Shown here in pieces: positions 1-8,313 of a stretch of 32,000 nt of DNA. Where the stretch lies: contig OY969902.1 in the NCBI GenBank assembly GCA_963704435.1, forward strand, positions 30,001 to 62,000, given 5' to 3'. This DNA is from an uncultured archaeon. GTDB lineage: Archaea > Micrarchaeota > Micrarchaeia > Micrarchaeales > CABMGC01. The notes under the pieces are model-generated. The model was not told the origin of the DNA. It did not search any database and worked only from the letters and a program-made list of their open reading frames with translations. Each line of letters starts with the position of its first letter. Positions within the stretch are counted from its first letter, which is position 1. Made by a program: the position numbers and the translations under genes.

Positions 1-2124
1 CCGTGCTTTGACGAGCCCGAGTTCAAGGCGGTGTTCGAGGTGTCGCTCATCGCGGACAGCGGTCTAGACTGCATATCCAACATGCCCGCCATCAGCGAGG
101 AGCGGATCGGCAATGGAATGAAGAAAGTGACTTTCCCGCCGACCCCGATAATGTCGACGTACCTGCTCTACCTTGGGGTGGGCAGGCTGGAGCGCGTGAA
201 AAGCACCCTCGGCAAGCTCAGGATGAGCGTGATCACCACCCAAGGGAAGGGCAAGCTCACCGCGCTGGCGATGAATTACGCCAAGGCGTCCATCAGGTTC
301 TATGAGAGGTATTTCGGCATAAGGTATCCCCTGCCCAAGCTCGACCTGATAGCGGTCCCGGATTTCGCGGAGGGCGCGATGGAGAACTGGGGCGCGCTCA
401 CGTTCAGGGAGGCGGAGCTTCTCGGGGATGCCAGCTCGTCCGTGGCGCTGAGGCAGACCATCGCCGAGGTCGTCGCGCATGAGCTGGCCCACCAGTGGTT
501 CGGCGACCTAGTGACCATGCGCTGGTGGGACGACATATGGCTGAACGAGAGCTTCGCCACGTACATGTCCTGCAAGGCGAACGACGCGATGTTCCCGAAG
601 TGGGAGGTCAAGACCCAGTACCTGCTCGACACGGTCGACTCCGCGCTCGAATCCGACCAGTTCAGGTCGACGAGCCCGATACACGTCAGCGTGGACGACC
701 CGGCGCAGATAGACGAAGCGTTCGAGCCGGGCATCAGCTACGACAAGGGCGGCTCGGTCCTGAACATGATAGAGGATTACGTGGGCCCGAAGGTGTTCAG
801 GAACGCGCTGCATACGTACCTGAGCGAGCACGCGTATGGCAATGCCAAGGAGTCGGACCTCTGGCGCGCGATGGAGAGGGAGGCCAGGCGCGAGAGAAAG
901 GGGATTCCCGTGGCCAGGGTCGCGAGCCGATGGATAAACGAGCCAGGCTATCCCCTGGTGAGTGTGAGCGCCGAGAGGGGCGCCTTCAGGCTGAGGCAGA
1001 GCAGGTTCTGCATCGACGGGGACGACTCGGAGCCGAGCGGCTGGCCGATACCGATAAGCTACCTCTTGCCCGGGAAGAAGGAGGGCAAATTCCTGATGGA
1101 CAAAGCGGTGCACAGCCTGCCCGGCTCAGGCGCGGCATGGCTGAAATTAAACCACAACCAGAACGGCGTCTACCGCGTCAGGTACGAGGGAGAGCTGCTG
1201 AAGGGGATCGGCGAGGCGATAAGGAAAAAGGAGCTCAGCGACGTGGACGCGTGGGGCGTGGAGAACGACCTCTTCGCATTTGCCAGGTCCGGCCGCATCG
1301 ATGCCGCGTCATACCTGACGTTCGTGCAGGACTACTGCTTCGGCCGCGGATACCCGCTCGACACCAGCATCCTCGACCACCTGGACTGGATGTACTACAT
1401 GCTCTATTCCACCTACCTATCCTCCCTCGTGGAGAGGCCCCTCGTGGCGTATGCGCACAAGGTGCTGGACCGCATCGGGACCGAAAGGAAGCCGGGCGAG
1501 AGAAACGTGGACACTATGCTGAGGAGCTCCGCCCTGCTCAGCCTCGGCGTGGCCGAGGACAGGGAGGCGGTCGCCATAGCGCGCGGGATCTTCAGCAGGT
1601 TCAAGGCCGGCAGCTCCACTCTCGATAAGAACCTGATGGGCGCGGTCTTCAGGATCGCGCTGTGGAACGGAGACCGGGGCGCGTTCGGCACGCTGAAGGA
1701 GAGATACTTGAGCGAGAAGGTCCCCGAGAACAGGATGCGCATCCTGGGTTCGCTGGGATTCGTCAGGGACACGTCGCTGCTGAAGGAGGCGCTCGATTTC
1801 GCGCTGTCAAAGCAGGTCAGGTATGAAGACGTGATATACATACTCAACGGCTCCGCCGACTTCTATCCGGCCGCAAGGGGGATCATATGGAAGTGGACCT
1901 CCGCCAACTGGAAGACGCTCATGGCAAGATACCCTTCGGAGACGAAGATGCTGGAGAGCTTCGTATCCGTGCTGTCCGCGCAGAGCGACCAGGATTCCAG
2001 GCGGGAGATCGGGGCGTTCTTCAGCAAGAAGTCGAACGCGAGGGAGGACATCGGGCGGGCGCTGAGCAAGACGCTCGCGAGGATAGACACCAACATAAAG
2101 TTCAGGAGGGTGAACTGCGTCTAA
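1..2124 (+). CDS. M1 family metallopeptidase (aminopeptidase N / tricorn-interacting factor F2/F3-like), 5' end truncated by the window edge
   Basis: Frame is open from base 1 (PCFDEPEFKAVFEVSL), so the track start at 31 is artificial. Contains GAMENWGAL exopeptidase motif and HELAHQWFGDLVTMRWWDDIWLNESFA (HExxH-x18-E). Confidence 0.95.
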   Translation, partial: PCFDEPEFKAVFEVSLIADSGLDCISNMPAISEERIGNGMKKVTFPPTPIMSTYLLYLGVGRLERVKSTLGKLRMSVITTQGKGKLTALAMNYAKASIRFYERYFGIRYPLPKLDLIAVPDFAEGAMENWGALTFREAELLGDASSSVALRQTIAEVVAHELAHQWFGDLVTMRWWDDIWLNESFATYMSCKANDAMFPKWEVKTQYLLDTVDSALESDQFRSTSPIHVSVDDPAQIDEAFEPGISYDKGGSVLNMIEDYVGPKVFRNALHTYLSEHAYGNAKESDLWRAMEREARRERKGIPVARVASRWINEPGYPLVSVSAERGAFRLRQSRFCIDGDDSEPSGWPIPISYLLPGKKEGKFLMDKAVHSLPGSGAAWLKLNHNQNGVYRVRYEGELLKGIGEAIRKKELSDVDAWGVENDLFAFARSGRIDAASYLTFVQDYCFGRGYPLDTSILDHLDWMYYMLYSTYLSSLVERPLVAYAHKVLDRIGTERKPGERNVDTMLRSSALLSLGVAEDREAVAIARGIFSRFKAGSSTLDKNLMGAVFRIALWNGDRGAFGTLKERYLSEKVPENRMRILGSLGFVRDTSLLKEALDFALSKQVRYEDVIYILNGSADFYPAARGIIWKWTSANWKTLMARYPSETKMLESFVSVLSAQSDQDSRREIGAFFSKKSNAREDIGRALSKTLARIDTNIKFRRVNCV

Positions 2125-2132
2125 GTAGATAT

Positions 2133-2152
2133 CCTCCGGCTAAAGCCGGGGG
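2133..2152. other. Hairpin CCTCCGGCT-AA-AGCCGGGGG (one G-U wobble) after the aminopeptidase stop
   Basis: Inverted repeat read directly from sequence, 8-9 bp stem with tiny loop. Confidence 0.6.
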
Positions 2153-2180
2153 CTTTAAAGCAAGACAAAAATGTTGAAAC

Positions 2181-2414
2181 GTGATGAGCATGGAAAAAAG
2201 AAATAGTTTGAGAAGACCACGAACTTGGAAAGGGACTTTACTCGCCTTGGTCCTTTTGGAGTTCATTGTGAGCATAGTAATGCTCTTGGCAGGGTATCTT
2301 ACAGGAAACGCATACTTCCGAGGAGTCGGAGTCGGGTTGCTGATTTCTTGGGTTACTGGAGGCTTGGCTTTCCTCATAGTAAGGGTTCGCATGACTTCTG
2401 AAGGCGCATCGTAA
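2181..2414 (+). CDS. Small hypothetical membrane protein (two predicted TM segments)
   Basis: 77-aa ORF with two hydrophobic segments (LLALVLLEFIVSIVMLLAGYL and VGVGLLISWVTGGLAFLIV). Confidence 0.5.
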   Translation: MMSMEKRNSLRRPRTWKGTLLALVLLEFIVSIVMLLAGYLTGNAYFRGVGVGLLISWVTGGLAFLIVRVRMTSEGAS

Positions 2415-2461
2415 TGGAGGAACGAAAAATGCAACATAACGAACGGCGTGTGGCATTCACT

Positions 2462-2481
2462 CCTCGGCTTGAAAGCCGAGG
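2462..2481. other. Perfect hairpin CCTCGGCTT-GA-AAGCCGAGG
   Basis: Exact 9-bp inverted repeat; resembles the hairpin at 2133-2152. Confidence 0.65.
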
Positions 2482-2548
2482 TTTCCCTGCAACCAGACCA
2501 ATGAAACGATGACTGGGGCCCGATTAATCCGCAAAACGCACTGAGGTC

Positions 2549-3406
2549 TCACGCGATGCTTATCGCTACGGCTCCCAAAACAAGCAGCATCAGGCCCAGG
2601 ATTTGGTGCTTCTTGAATCTATCCTTGTAAAAGAGATACCCTAGAATGATTACGAACCCCGCTTCTGTCGAGGCTATCGCGTAACCCACCGCCAAAAAAT
2701 TTACGTATGCAAGAGCAAGAAATCCTGTGGTCCCTAATCCCTGGAATATTCCTAACAAAGCGCCATATACGTTATGCTTCGCTGAAACTTTGCCTGCTTT
2801 CAAACGTTTAGTGTTCTCGGGCCGTATTTTGAAATAGATCGCCATCGTAAGCAAATCTGCAGAACCCCCGATTATCAACGGAGTAAAAATTCCGCCCGAG
2901 ATCTGAAGCGCAAAAATCAAAAGAAACGCGGATAGCGCCAGAATAATCTGTCCCGCTATGGCAGGGACGTATTTTTTATTTAATTTAAATCTCGCTTTGG
3001 TTGTAGCAAGAAACGTCCCGACCAAAATCGCTATGATGCAGAGGTCCTCGACAAATGTAACTTTCTCTTTAAGAACCAAGAGACCAAACAAAATTGTCAT
3101 CGCATAATATATTCCTGAGAGGGAAATGGTATTCGATACCTGCTCGGTTTCCAGAGTTTCATAGGTTAGGAACCATCCCAGCGCGGCAACAATTCCGGAT
3201 ACGGCCGAAAGAATCACGACGGACGTATTTAGGCTCGTAACGCCAAGGAAATAGGCAAGTATCAGCATTGGGAGCAGACTGAAACTTGCCTCAGCCAGCG
3301 CCGATTTTTGCGCTCCCAATTTTTCCGAGGCGCTCTTTGCAAACATGTCTGCAAGGACGTATGCCGCGAGTGCGCCGAACGCTATTTCCAATCCCAGGCC
3401 AAGCAT
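2549..3406 (-). CDS. EamA/DMT-superfamily-like multi-pass transporter
   Basis: 285 aa, about 10 hydrophobic segments in EamA-like arrangement (e.g. YYAMTILFGLLVLKEKVTFVEDLCIIAILVGTFLATTKA ... FVIILGYLFYKDRFKKHQILGLMLLVLGAVAISIA). Confidence 0.75.
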   Translation of the reverse strand: MLGLGLEIAFGALAAYVLADMFAKSASEKLGAQKSALAEASFSLLPMLILAYFLGVTSLNTSVVILSAVSGIVAALGWFLTYETLETEQVSNTISLSGIYYAMTILFGLLVLKEKVTFVEDLCIIAILVGTFLATTKARFKLNKKYVPAIAGQIILALSAFLLIFALQISGGIFTPLIIGGSADLLTMAIYFKIRPENTKRLKAGKVSAKHNVYGALLGIFQGLGTTGFLALAYVNFLAVGYAIASTEAGFVIILGYLFYKDRFKKHQILGLMLLVLGAVAISIA

Positions 3407-3574
3407 GAGGGTATAAGCAAAGCCATCTTATTATGCCTTAGCGCCTCCTGAAAGAAGCCAAAAGTTTCGCAAGCCCAAGCGAGGAAACCAAGAAAGTTCT
3501 GCTGTTTTCGTAGACAATGCATAAGAAGGTATTCCGGGCTCAGTAATACAAGGGCAGAGAAGTGTGGTGGGTAT

Positions 3575-4063
3575 ATGGCGCAATCCAAACAGGCATCGGC
3601 GATGCAGCAGCAACCGCTGCCGGTGGTAATGACACTCCCGTCAATAGTGTCGTTTGATCCCACGCCTGCGGCTCGTACAATGGCCCGTTACCTCGTGGTG
3701 CAAGGCAGTGTGGAGGGAATGGGCGGGGGCGTATTAAGGGAAGGCGACGTAAAGGCAGCCGTAACTGATTTCAACAGGCGCGCAAACGAGCGCGAGAGCG
3801 AAATTGCGAGCAGGCTCGCGAACGATCGCGCGATGGCGCTCAGAAGCGAGATTATCAGGCTCGAAAAGAGGATTACCGATTTCGTCGAACTGATCCGCAT
3901 CGATGAGAAAGGAGACGATATCCTCTCCGCGGCCAGATGCGAAGCCGAAAGAAGAGGGGTCGACTTCTCCGGAAAGGATATGTCCCTCTCAAATCTTAAG
4001 AAGATGGTGCGCGTGCTAGAGGAGAAGTTCGGGATGCCGCTTGACCTTGAAGCCTCAGGTTAG
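3575..4063 (+). CDS. Hypothetical protein with a C-terminal predicted coiled coil
   Basis: 162-aa ORF, charged helical C-terminal region (NERESEIASRLANDRAMALRSEIIRLEKRITDFVELI). Confidence 0.55.
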   Translation: MAQSKQASAMQQQPLPVVMTLPSIVSFDPTPAARTMARYLVVQGSVEGMGGGVLREGDVKAAVTDFNRRANERESEIASRLANDRAMALRSEIIRLEKRITDFVELIRIDEKGDDILSAARCEAERRGVDFSGKDMSLSNLKKMVRVLEEKFGMPLDLEASG

Positions 4064-4131
4064 CCACCGCTCCGATTGAGGGATTGCGGCCTAAGGCTAA
4101 GCTTTTTAATGATACTTAGAGGATATTAGCC

Positions 4132-5190
4132 ATGGCCTACCAGACCTACCTTACGCTCATAATACCCGCGATTGTCTCGTTCTTCGTGACCGTGGCCGCC
4201 ACGAAGTTCGTTATGGATTACCTGTTCGCGGCGGGGGTCGTCGCGGAGGACCACAACAAGGAGAAGCTGAAAGTACTCCCGAGCAGCGGAGGCCTTGCGG
4301 TGGTTTTCGGCATCATAGTGGGCGCGCTCACGTATGCATTCGGGGGAAGCTTCAACTTCTTCACGCCAGTGCTCAGCATCTCGAACCTTCTCGCAGTGGC
4401 GCTCTCGGTCACGCTGATAGCGATGGTGGGATTCCTCGACGACATAAACGTGAAGGGCCAGAGAGTGCGGCAGACAGGAGGCTACCTGGACAGAAAGAAG
4501 GGGCTCAAGATGTGGCAGAAGCCACTGCTCACGCTCATCGGCGCGCTTCCTCTGATGGCGATAAACGCGGGCATCAGCACCGTCACCGTCCCTTTCATAG
4601 GACCCATCAACTTCGGACTTGTGTATCCCTTGCTGCTTCTTCCGCTCGCGGTGGTGTTCGTTTCCAACGCCTTCAACCTGCTAGGCGGGTTCGACGGCCT
4701 GCAACCAGGCATGGCGATGATGGCGAGCATCGGCTTCATGGCATATTTCTTCTTCTTCGGTAGCGCGAACGCAGGATATACCGGCGCGCTGCTGTCAGTC
4801 CTGCTGTTCGCATCGTTGCTGGCGTTCATCCAGTTCAATAAGTTCCCCGCGAAGATACTCCCTGGCGACAGCTTCACCTACGCGATAGGCGCGATGCTGG
4901 TGGCGATAATGGTGATGGGCCACGCCGAGGCGTTTGGCGTGATAATATTCTTGCCCTGGATAGTGGAATTCGGCCTCCACCTTAGGAAGAAGTTCGATGT
5001 CCGCGATCTCGGCATAAGGCAGAAGGACGGGACACTGAAGGCGCCCTACGGAAAGAAGGTATACAGCCTGGCGCACCTGCTGATGAATGCGAAGCCGATG
5101 AAGGAATGGGAGGTATCGCTGTACCTCTGCGTAATAGAAGTAGGATTCGTCGTCCTAGCGCTTCTCCTGAAGGTGCACGGACTCCTGTAG
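4132..5190 (+). CDS. Glycosyltransferase family 4 / UDP-GlcNAc-1-phosphate transferase-like (GPT/MraY superfamily) membrane protein
   Basis: Multi-pass protein with DDINVKGQRVRQTGGYLDRKKGLKMWQKPLLT and NAFNLLGGFDGLQPG motifs typical of polyprenyl-phosphate HexNAc-1-P transferases; TTTTTAAT promoter-like box about 25 nt upstream. Confidence 0.85.
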   Translation: MAYQTYLTLIIPAIVSFFVTVAATKFVMDYLFAAGVVAEDHNKEKLKVLPSSGGLAVVFGIIVGALTYAFGGSFNFFTPVLSISNLLAVALSVTLIAMVGFLDDINVKGQRVRQTGGYLDRKKGLKMWQKPLLTLIGALPLMAINAGISTVTVPFIGPINFGLVYPLLLLPLAVVFVSNAFNLLGGFDGLQPGMAMMASIGFMAYFFFFGSANAGYTGALLSVLLFASLLAFIQFNKFPAKILPGDSFTYAIGAMLVAIMVMGHAEAFGVIIFLPWIVEFGLHLRKKFDVRDLGIRQKDGTLKAPYGKKVYSLAHLLMNAKPMKEWEVSLYLCVIEVGFVVLALLLKVHGLL

Positions 5191-5406
5191 AGGCGGAAGC
5201 TTGCGAGTCAGGAGGACATCGTTCTTCTTTATCAGCTTCCTCCTTCCCGCATGCGCGGCGTACCTGAGCGCCTTGTTCGCCAGGGCCTCGGTCAGCTTCT
5301 CAAGCTCCCGCTCGAGGTTAAGCACCGCATCCTCGGTCACGCGCTCAGCGCCGGCCTCCCTCAAAAATGCCTCCATGTCATATAGACTAAAAGCCCGCTC
5401 CCCCAA
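5155..5406 (-). CDS. Archaeal histone-fold protein with C-terminal extension
   Basis: MEAFLREAGAERVTEDAVLNLERELEKLTEALANKALRYAAHAGRRKLIKKNDVLLTRK matches the archaeal histone pattern (AGAxRV..A...L...L...a..A...AxHAGRktIkxeDv). 3' end overlaps the convergent GT4 gene. Confidence 0.8.
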   Translation of the reverse strand: MGERAFSLYDMEAFLREAGAERVTEDAVLNLERELEKLTEALANKALRYAAHAGRRKLIKKNDVLLTRKLPPLQESVHLQEKR

Positions 5407-5461
5407 TTAAGCACCTAAAGCAGTAGGTATATTATGAGTAGGTTTAAAAAGGGTCTGCGGG

Positions 5462-5478
5462 CTGCCGAATAGCGGCAG
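5462..5478 (-). terminator. Putative terminator hairpin immediately after aRF1
   Basis: CTGCCG-AATAG-CGGCAG stem next to the aRF1 stop codon, followed on the minus strand by a CCCTTTTTAAA tract. Confidence 0.4.
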
Positions 5479-6672
5479 TTACTTGTATCTAAGGAGAGCC
5501 CCTATGCCCCCGAATCCCATAAGGAACTCCTTGCCCAGCGGGCTCTCGCCCGACACGAAAACAGTATCGGCGCCAACATTGTCCGCCATTCCTATAAGCT
5601 CCTCTATGGCGTCCTTCTCCGAGACTATGCTGAGCGTCCCGCCGTCGTCGTGCTTGGCCGTCCGCTGCTTGCCCGTCTCGATCTTCTCCATGGTCTGGCC
5701 GCACAGCCCGCACTTGTACGTGACGCGGTATAGCTCCAGCTCGTCGTTTATGACAAGGCTGTGGACATTGTTCTTCTCAAGTGCGTTCCTTACCTTCTCG
5801 TAGCCGTGCACCGCGAGTCCTCCCCCTGCAATCTCTGCCTTGAATCTGTCCAGTATCTTCCTCTCCTGCGAGGCCGCCTGCTCCTTGAGCAGCTCGTGCG
5901 CCTTGTCCAGCGTCTCGTTGAGGCCGGTCTCGTCCGTGTATCCGGTGTCGAATACCCCGAGTATCTTGACCTGGTAGTTGAGCTTGTTCTTTCGCACGAA
6001 GTTCTCCTTCGCTGGTCCCGGGCCACCGACGATCAGGCCCATCAGCTTGGTCGTGCTCTGCTGGTAGATCCCGTTCACCGTCTCCGATATCTCGGTGTAA
6101 TAGGCGTCGATGTCCTCCTCCCTGGCGCGCTCGAACCTCCCCGCGCTCTGCCCGCCCTTGCTCATCTTGGCGTGCGCCATGGAGTGGTGCCGCTTCACCA
6201 CCTGTATGTGGGAGCCCTTGAGCGTGGCGACAGTGGCCTCCCGCCCGTCCATGGCGAGCAGGACGTACATGTCCTTGGTCTCAAGCATCTCCTCTATCGG
6301 ATCGAGCAGGAACGTGGAGTCGCAGCGGTATATGTTCACCTTGAGCGGCATGGGCGGCTCCATCGAGAAGAGCTCGATGTCAGCCTTGCTCGCCTCCTTG
6401 GATATGTTGCCCGCGAATACGACGAGCCCGTTCTTCGGGGTCTCCCTGTACAGCTTCAGGTACTGGAGTATCTTGTCTATGGCGCTCTGCACGTTGGTGC
6501 GCGTGCTCTTCGACTTTATGTTGCCCGACTGGCTGTGCTCCTGCCTCAGCCTGTTCGTCTCCTCGCTCAGCTGGTAGCCGGCGGGTATGTATATGCTTAT
6601 CAGCTCGGTTCCCGAACCGCGCACCGACTTGAGTATCTTTATCTCCTTCAGCATCTCGTACTCTTTCTTCAT
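5479..6672 (-). CDS. prf1: Peptide chain release factor aRF1
   Basis: NIKS motif (SGNIKSKSTRTNVQSAI) and GGQ motif (KGGQSAGRFERAREE); full-length eRF1/aRF1 architecture. Confidence 0.96.
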   Translation of the reverse strand: MKKEYEMLKEIKILKSVRGSGTELISIYIPAGYQLSEETNRLRQEHSQSGNIKSKSTRTNVQSAIDKILQYLKLYRETPKNGLVVFAGNISKEASKADIELFSMEPPMPLKVNIYRCDSTFLLDPIEEMLETKDMYVLLAMDGREATVATLKGSHIQVVKRHHSMAHAKMSKGGQSAGRFERAREEDIDAYYTEISETVNGIYQQSTTKLMGLIVGGPGPAKENFVRKNKLNYQVKILGVFDTGYTDETGLNETLDKAHELLKEQAASQERKILDRFKAEIAGGGLAVHGYEKVRNALEKNNVHSLVINDELELYRVTYKCGLCGQTMEKIETGKQRTAKHDDGGTLSIVSEKDAIEELIGMADNVGADTVFVSGESPLGKEFLMGFGGIGALLRYK

Positions 6673-6812
6673 GCGGTGTCACTCCGTTTCCTATTACCCG
6701 CTTATCCTTTAAATGCTTCCTGGTTTTCCGCCGATTTTGTCCGGTCATTTTCAAGGCGAATGCATAAATACGTTAGAAGCGAACTCACATATCGAACAAA
6801 GAAAGTGTCTTT

Positions 6813-8303
6813 ATGGCGCGGCCAACAAATCCGATAGTAGAAAAGTTCATAGCATACCTAGATGAGAACGGTGACGTCCCATCCGCAGTTCCACAATTCG
6901 CAAAGAAGCACGGAATCAAGATGAGAGACACGTCCCCTACTATCGGCACTCTTTATTATCAATACCGTAAATGGCAGAAAGGTGAGTTCAAATCCGAGGA
7001 CGCCGATGCCGCGAATCATGGAGCGGAGCCGGCAGAACGCGGCGTTTTCAAGGGTTCGACAAAAGATCGAGCCGTGCACGAGATTGATGCGTTTCTCGCT
7101 GCGAATGCGTATCACCTGCAGAACTTAACTCACCCGCACAGATCTGCAGGTATGACCAAGGGTTTCGCCAAGTACGCCAGCGGGGCAATGACCAAAATTA
7201 ACGCCCTCTTGAACGGGGAATGCTTGGACGAAGAGCAAACGCAGAGACTGCGCATGTTGACAGCCATCGCCTACGACGTTTCGTGGAGCCCTCTCGAGCC
7301 GTTCAATATGCTCAAGGGCATCATCGCGGCAAAGAGTCGCAGCGGAAACGGCGCGAAGAGCGCTGCCGATATGGAAAGGCTGGCCGAAGATGCGAGAATC
7401 ATGATTGAAGTGGCGGGGAGCACGCACACTACTGCCGCCTCTCCAATAATACAGTACGACCGAGGCAATTTCCTGATAGTCAAGGGCTGCGACGACAAGT
7501 CCCTCGACGGCTTCGCGACTCCGGCCGCGCTCGCGGATGCGGTCAACTGGGCGTTTTGGGAAGCCATCGGTTATTTTGCAGGAGGCGGCCAGAGATACGA
7601 CGACATGCTGGCAAGGTATGAGACGGTGCTGAAACACTCCGATCTGCTCGACCTCTCCCGCGCAAAGGAGTTCTACAAGGATTTCGGCGTCGCTCCCCTG
7701 TCCGCTGGAGAGTGGGTCACCGAAGGCTACGTGAGCGCATTCAACCGGGAAAAATCCAGGATGGATAGCGATTTGGCGTCCAACCTAGCAGCTCCCATCG
7801 TGCTGAACGCCTTCCAACATGCTCTTGACCTGAGCGATGACGATCTGGGCGTGAAGGGGCGTGCGGTGGAGAAAGCGCTAGAGCCTTACAAGGCGTATCT
7901 GAAGACCGAGCCCGTGCAGAAGCTGCTCGCGCAATGCGTAACTGACAGCGTCAGTGCAATCTACGACGAGGACGCCGTCTTTTTCGTTAACGATTTGAAG
8001 ATCTATCTTTCCTACCTCGATGCGGATCCTTCGGCAAAGGCTGAGCTGGTAAGCTCGGCATTGCCTGACTTCAACTACTTGAACAAGGAGGATCCTAAAG
8101 AGCTCATCGAACTGCGGTTCCCGCTGGAACTGCTTACGCCGAAAAAGAAAGCGGAGATCGAAATCAAGCTCTGCGGGCACTTTGAAGATGCGATACTCAG
8201 CAACCTTGACATAAGTCCTGACAGCCCTGTTCTCAAGTGTGCTGTGAGACCTAATCAGCCAGAGATCAGGAATTCCGCGCCAACCCGCGTGACCAGGGTC
8301 TGA
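6813..8303 (+). CDS. Hypothetical protein, 496 aa, no family recognised
   Basis: Long continuous ORF; soluble, mostly helical composition. N-terminal segment (EKFIAYLDENGDVPSAVPQFAKKHGIKM...TIGTLYYQYRKWQKGEF) could be a small helical/HTH-like domain. Confidence 0.7.
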   Translation: MARPTNPIVEKFIAYLDENGDVPSAVPQFAKKHGIKMRDTSPTIGTLYYQYRKWQKGEFKSEDADAANHGAEPAERGVFKGSTKDRAVHEIDAFLAANAYHLQNLTHPHRSAGMTKGFAKYASGAMTKINALLNGECLDEEQTQRLRMLTAIAYDVSWSPLEPFNMLKGIIAAKSRSGNGAKSAADMERLAEDARIMIEVAGSTHTTAASPIIQYDRGNFLIVKGCDDKSLDGFATPAALADAVNWAFWEAIGYFAGGGQRYDDMLARYETVLKHSDLLDLSRAKEFYKDFGVAPLSAGEWVTEGYVSAFNREKSRMDSDLASNLAAPIVLNAFQHALDLSDDDLGVKGRAVEKALEPYKAYLKTEPVQKLLAQCVTDSVSAIYDEDAVFFVNDLKIYLSYLDADPSAKAELVSSALPDFNYLNKEDPKELIELRFPLELLTPKKKAEIEIKLCGHFEDAILSNLDISPDSPVLKCAVRPNQPEIRNSAPTRVTRV

Positions 8304-8313
8304 TGCGGTCCTA

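Noticed and set aside
495-1628. 377-aa ORF in frame +3 over the M1 aminopeptidase
   Set aside because: Arg/Gly-rich out-of-frame translation of the aminopeptidase gene.
2500-2550. Possible C/D-box sRNA (ACGATGA ... CACTGA)
   Set aside because: C box matches only partially, C'/D' boxes not convincing, and it abuts the 3' end of a gene; chance match likely.
5483-6837. Overlapping ORFs on both strands across aRF1 (e.g. 5761..6837 plus)
   Set aside because: The aRF1 frame has unmistakable NIKS and GGQ motifs; the others are shadows.
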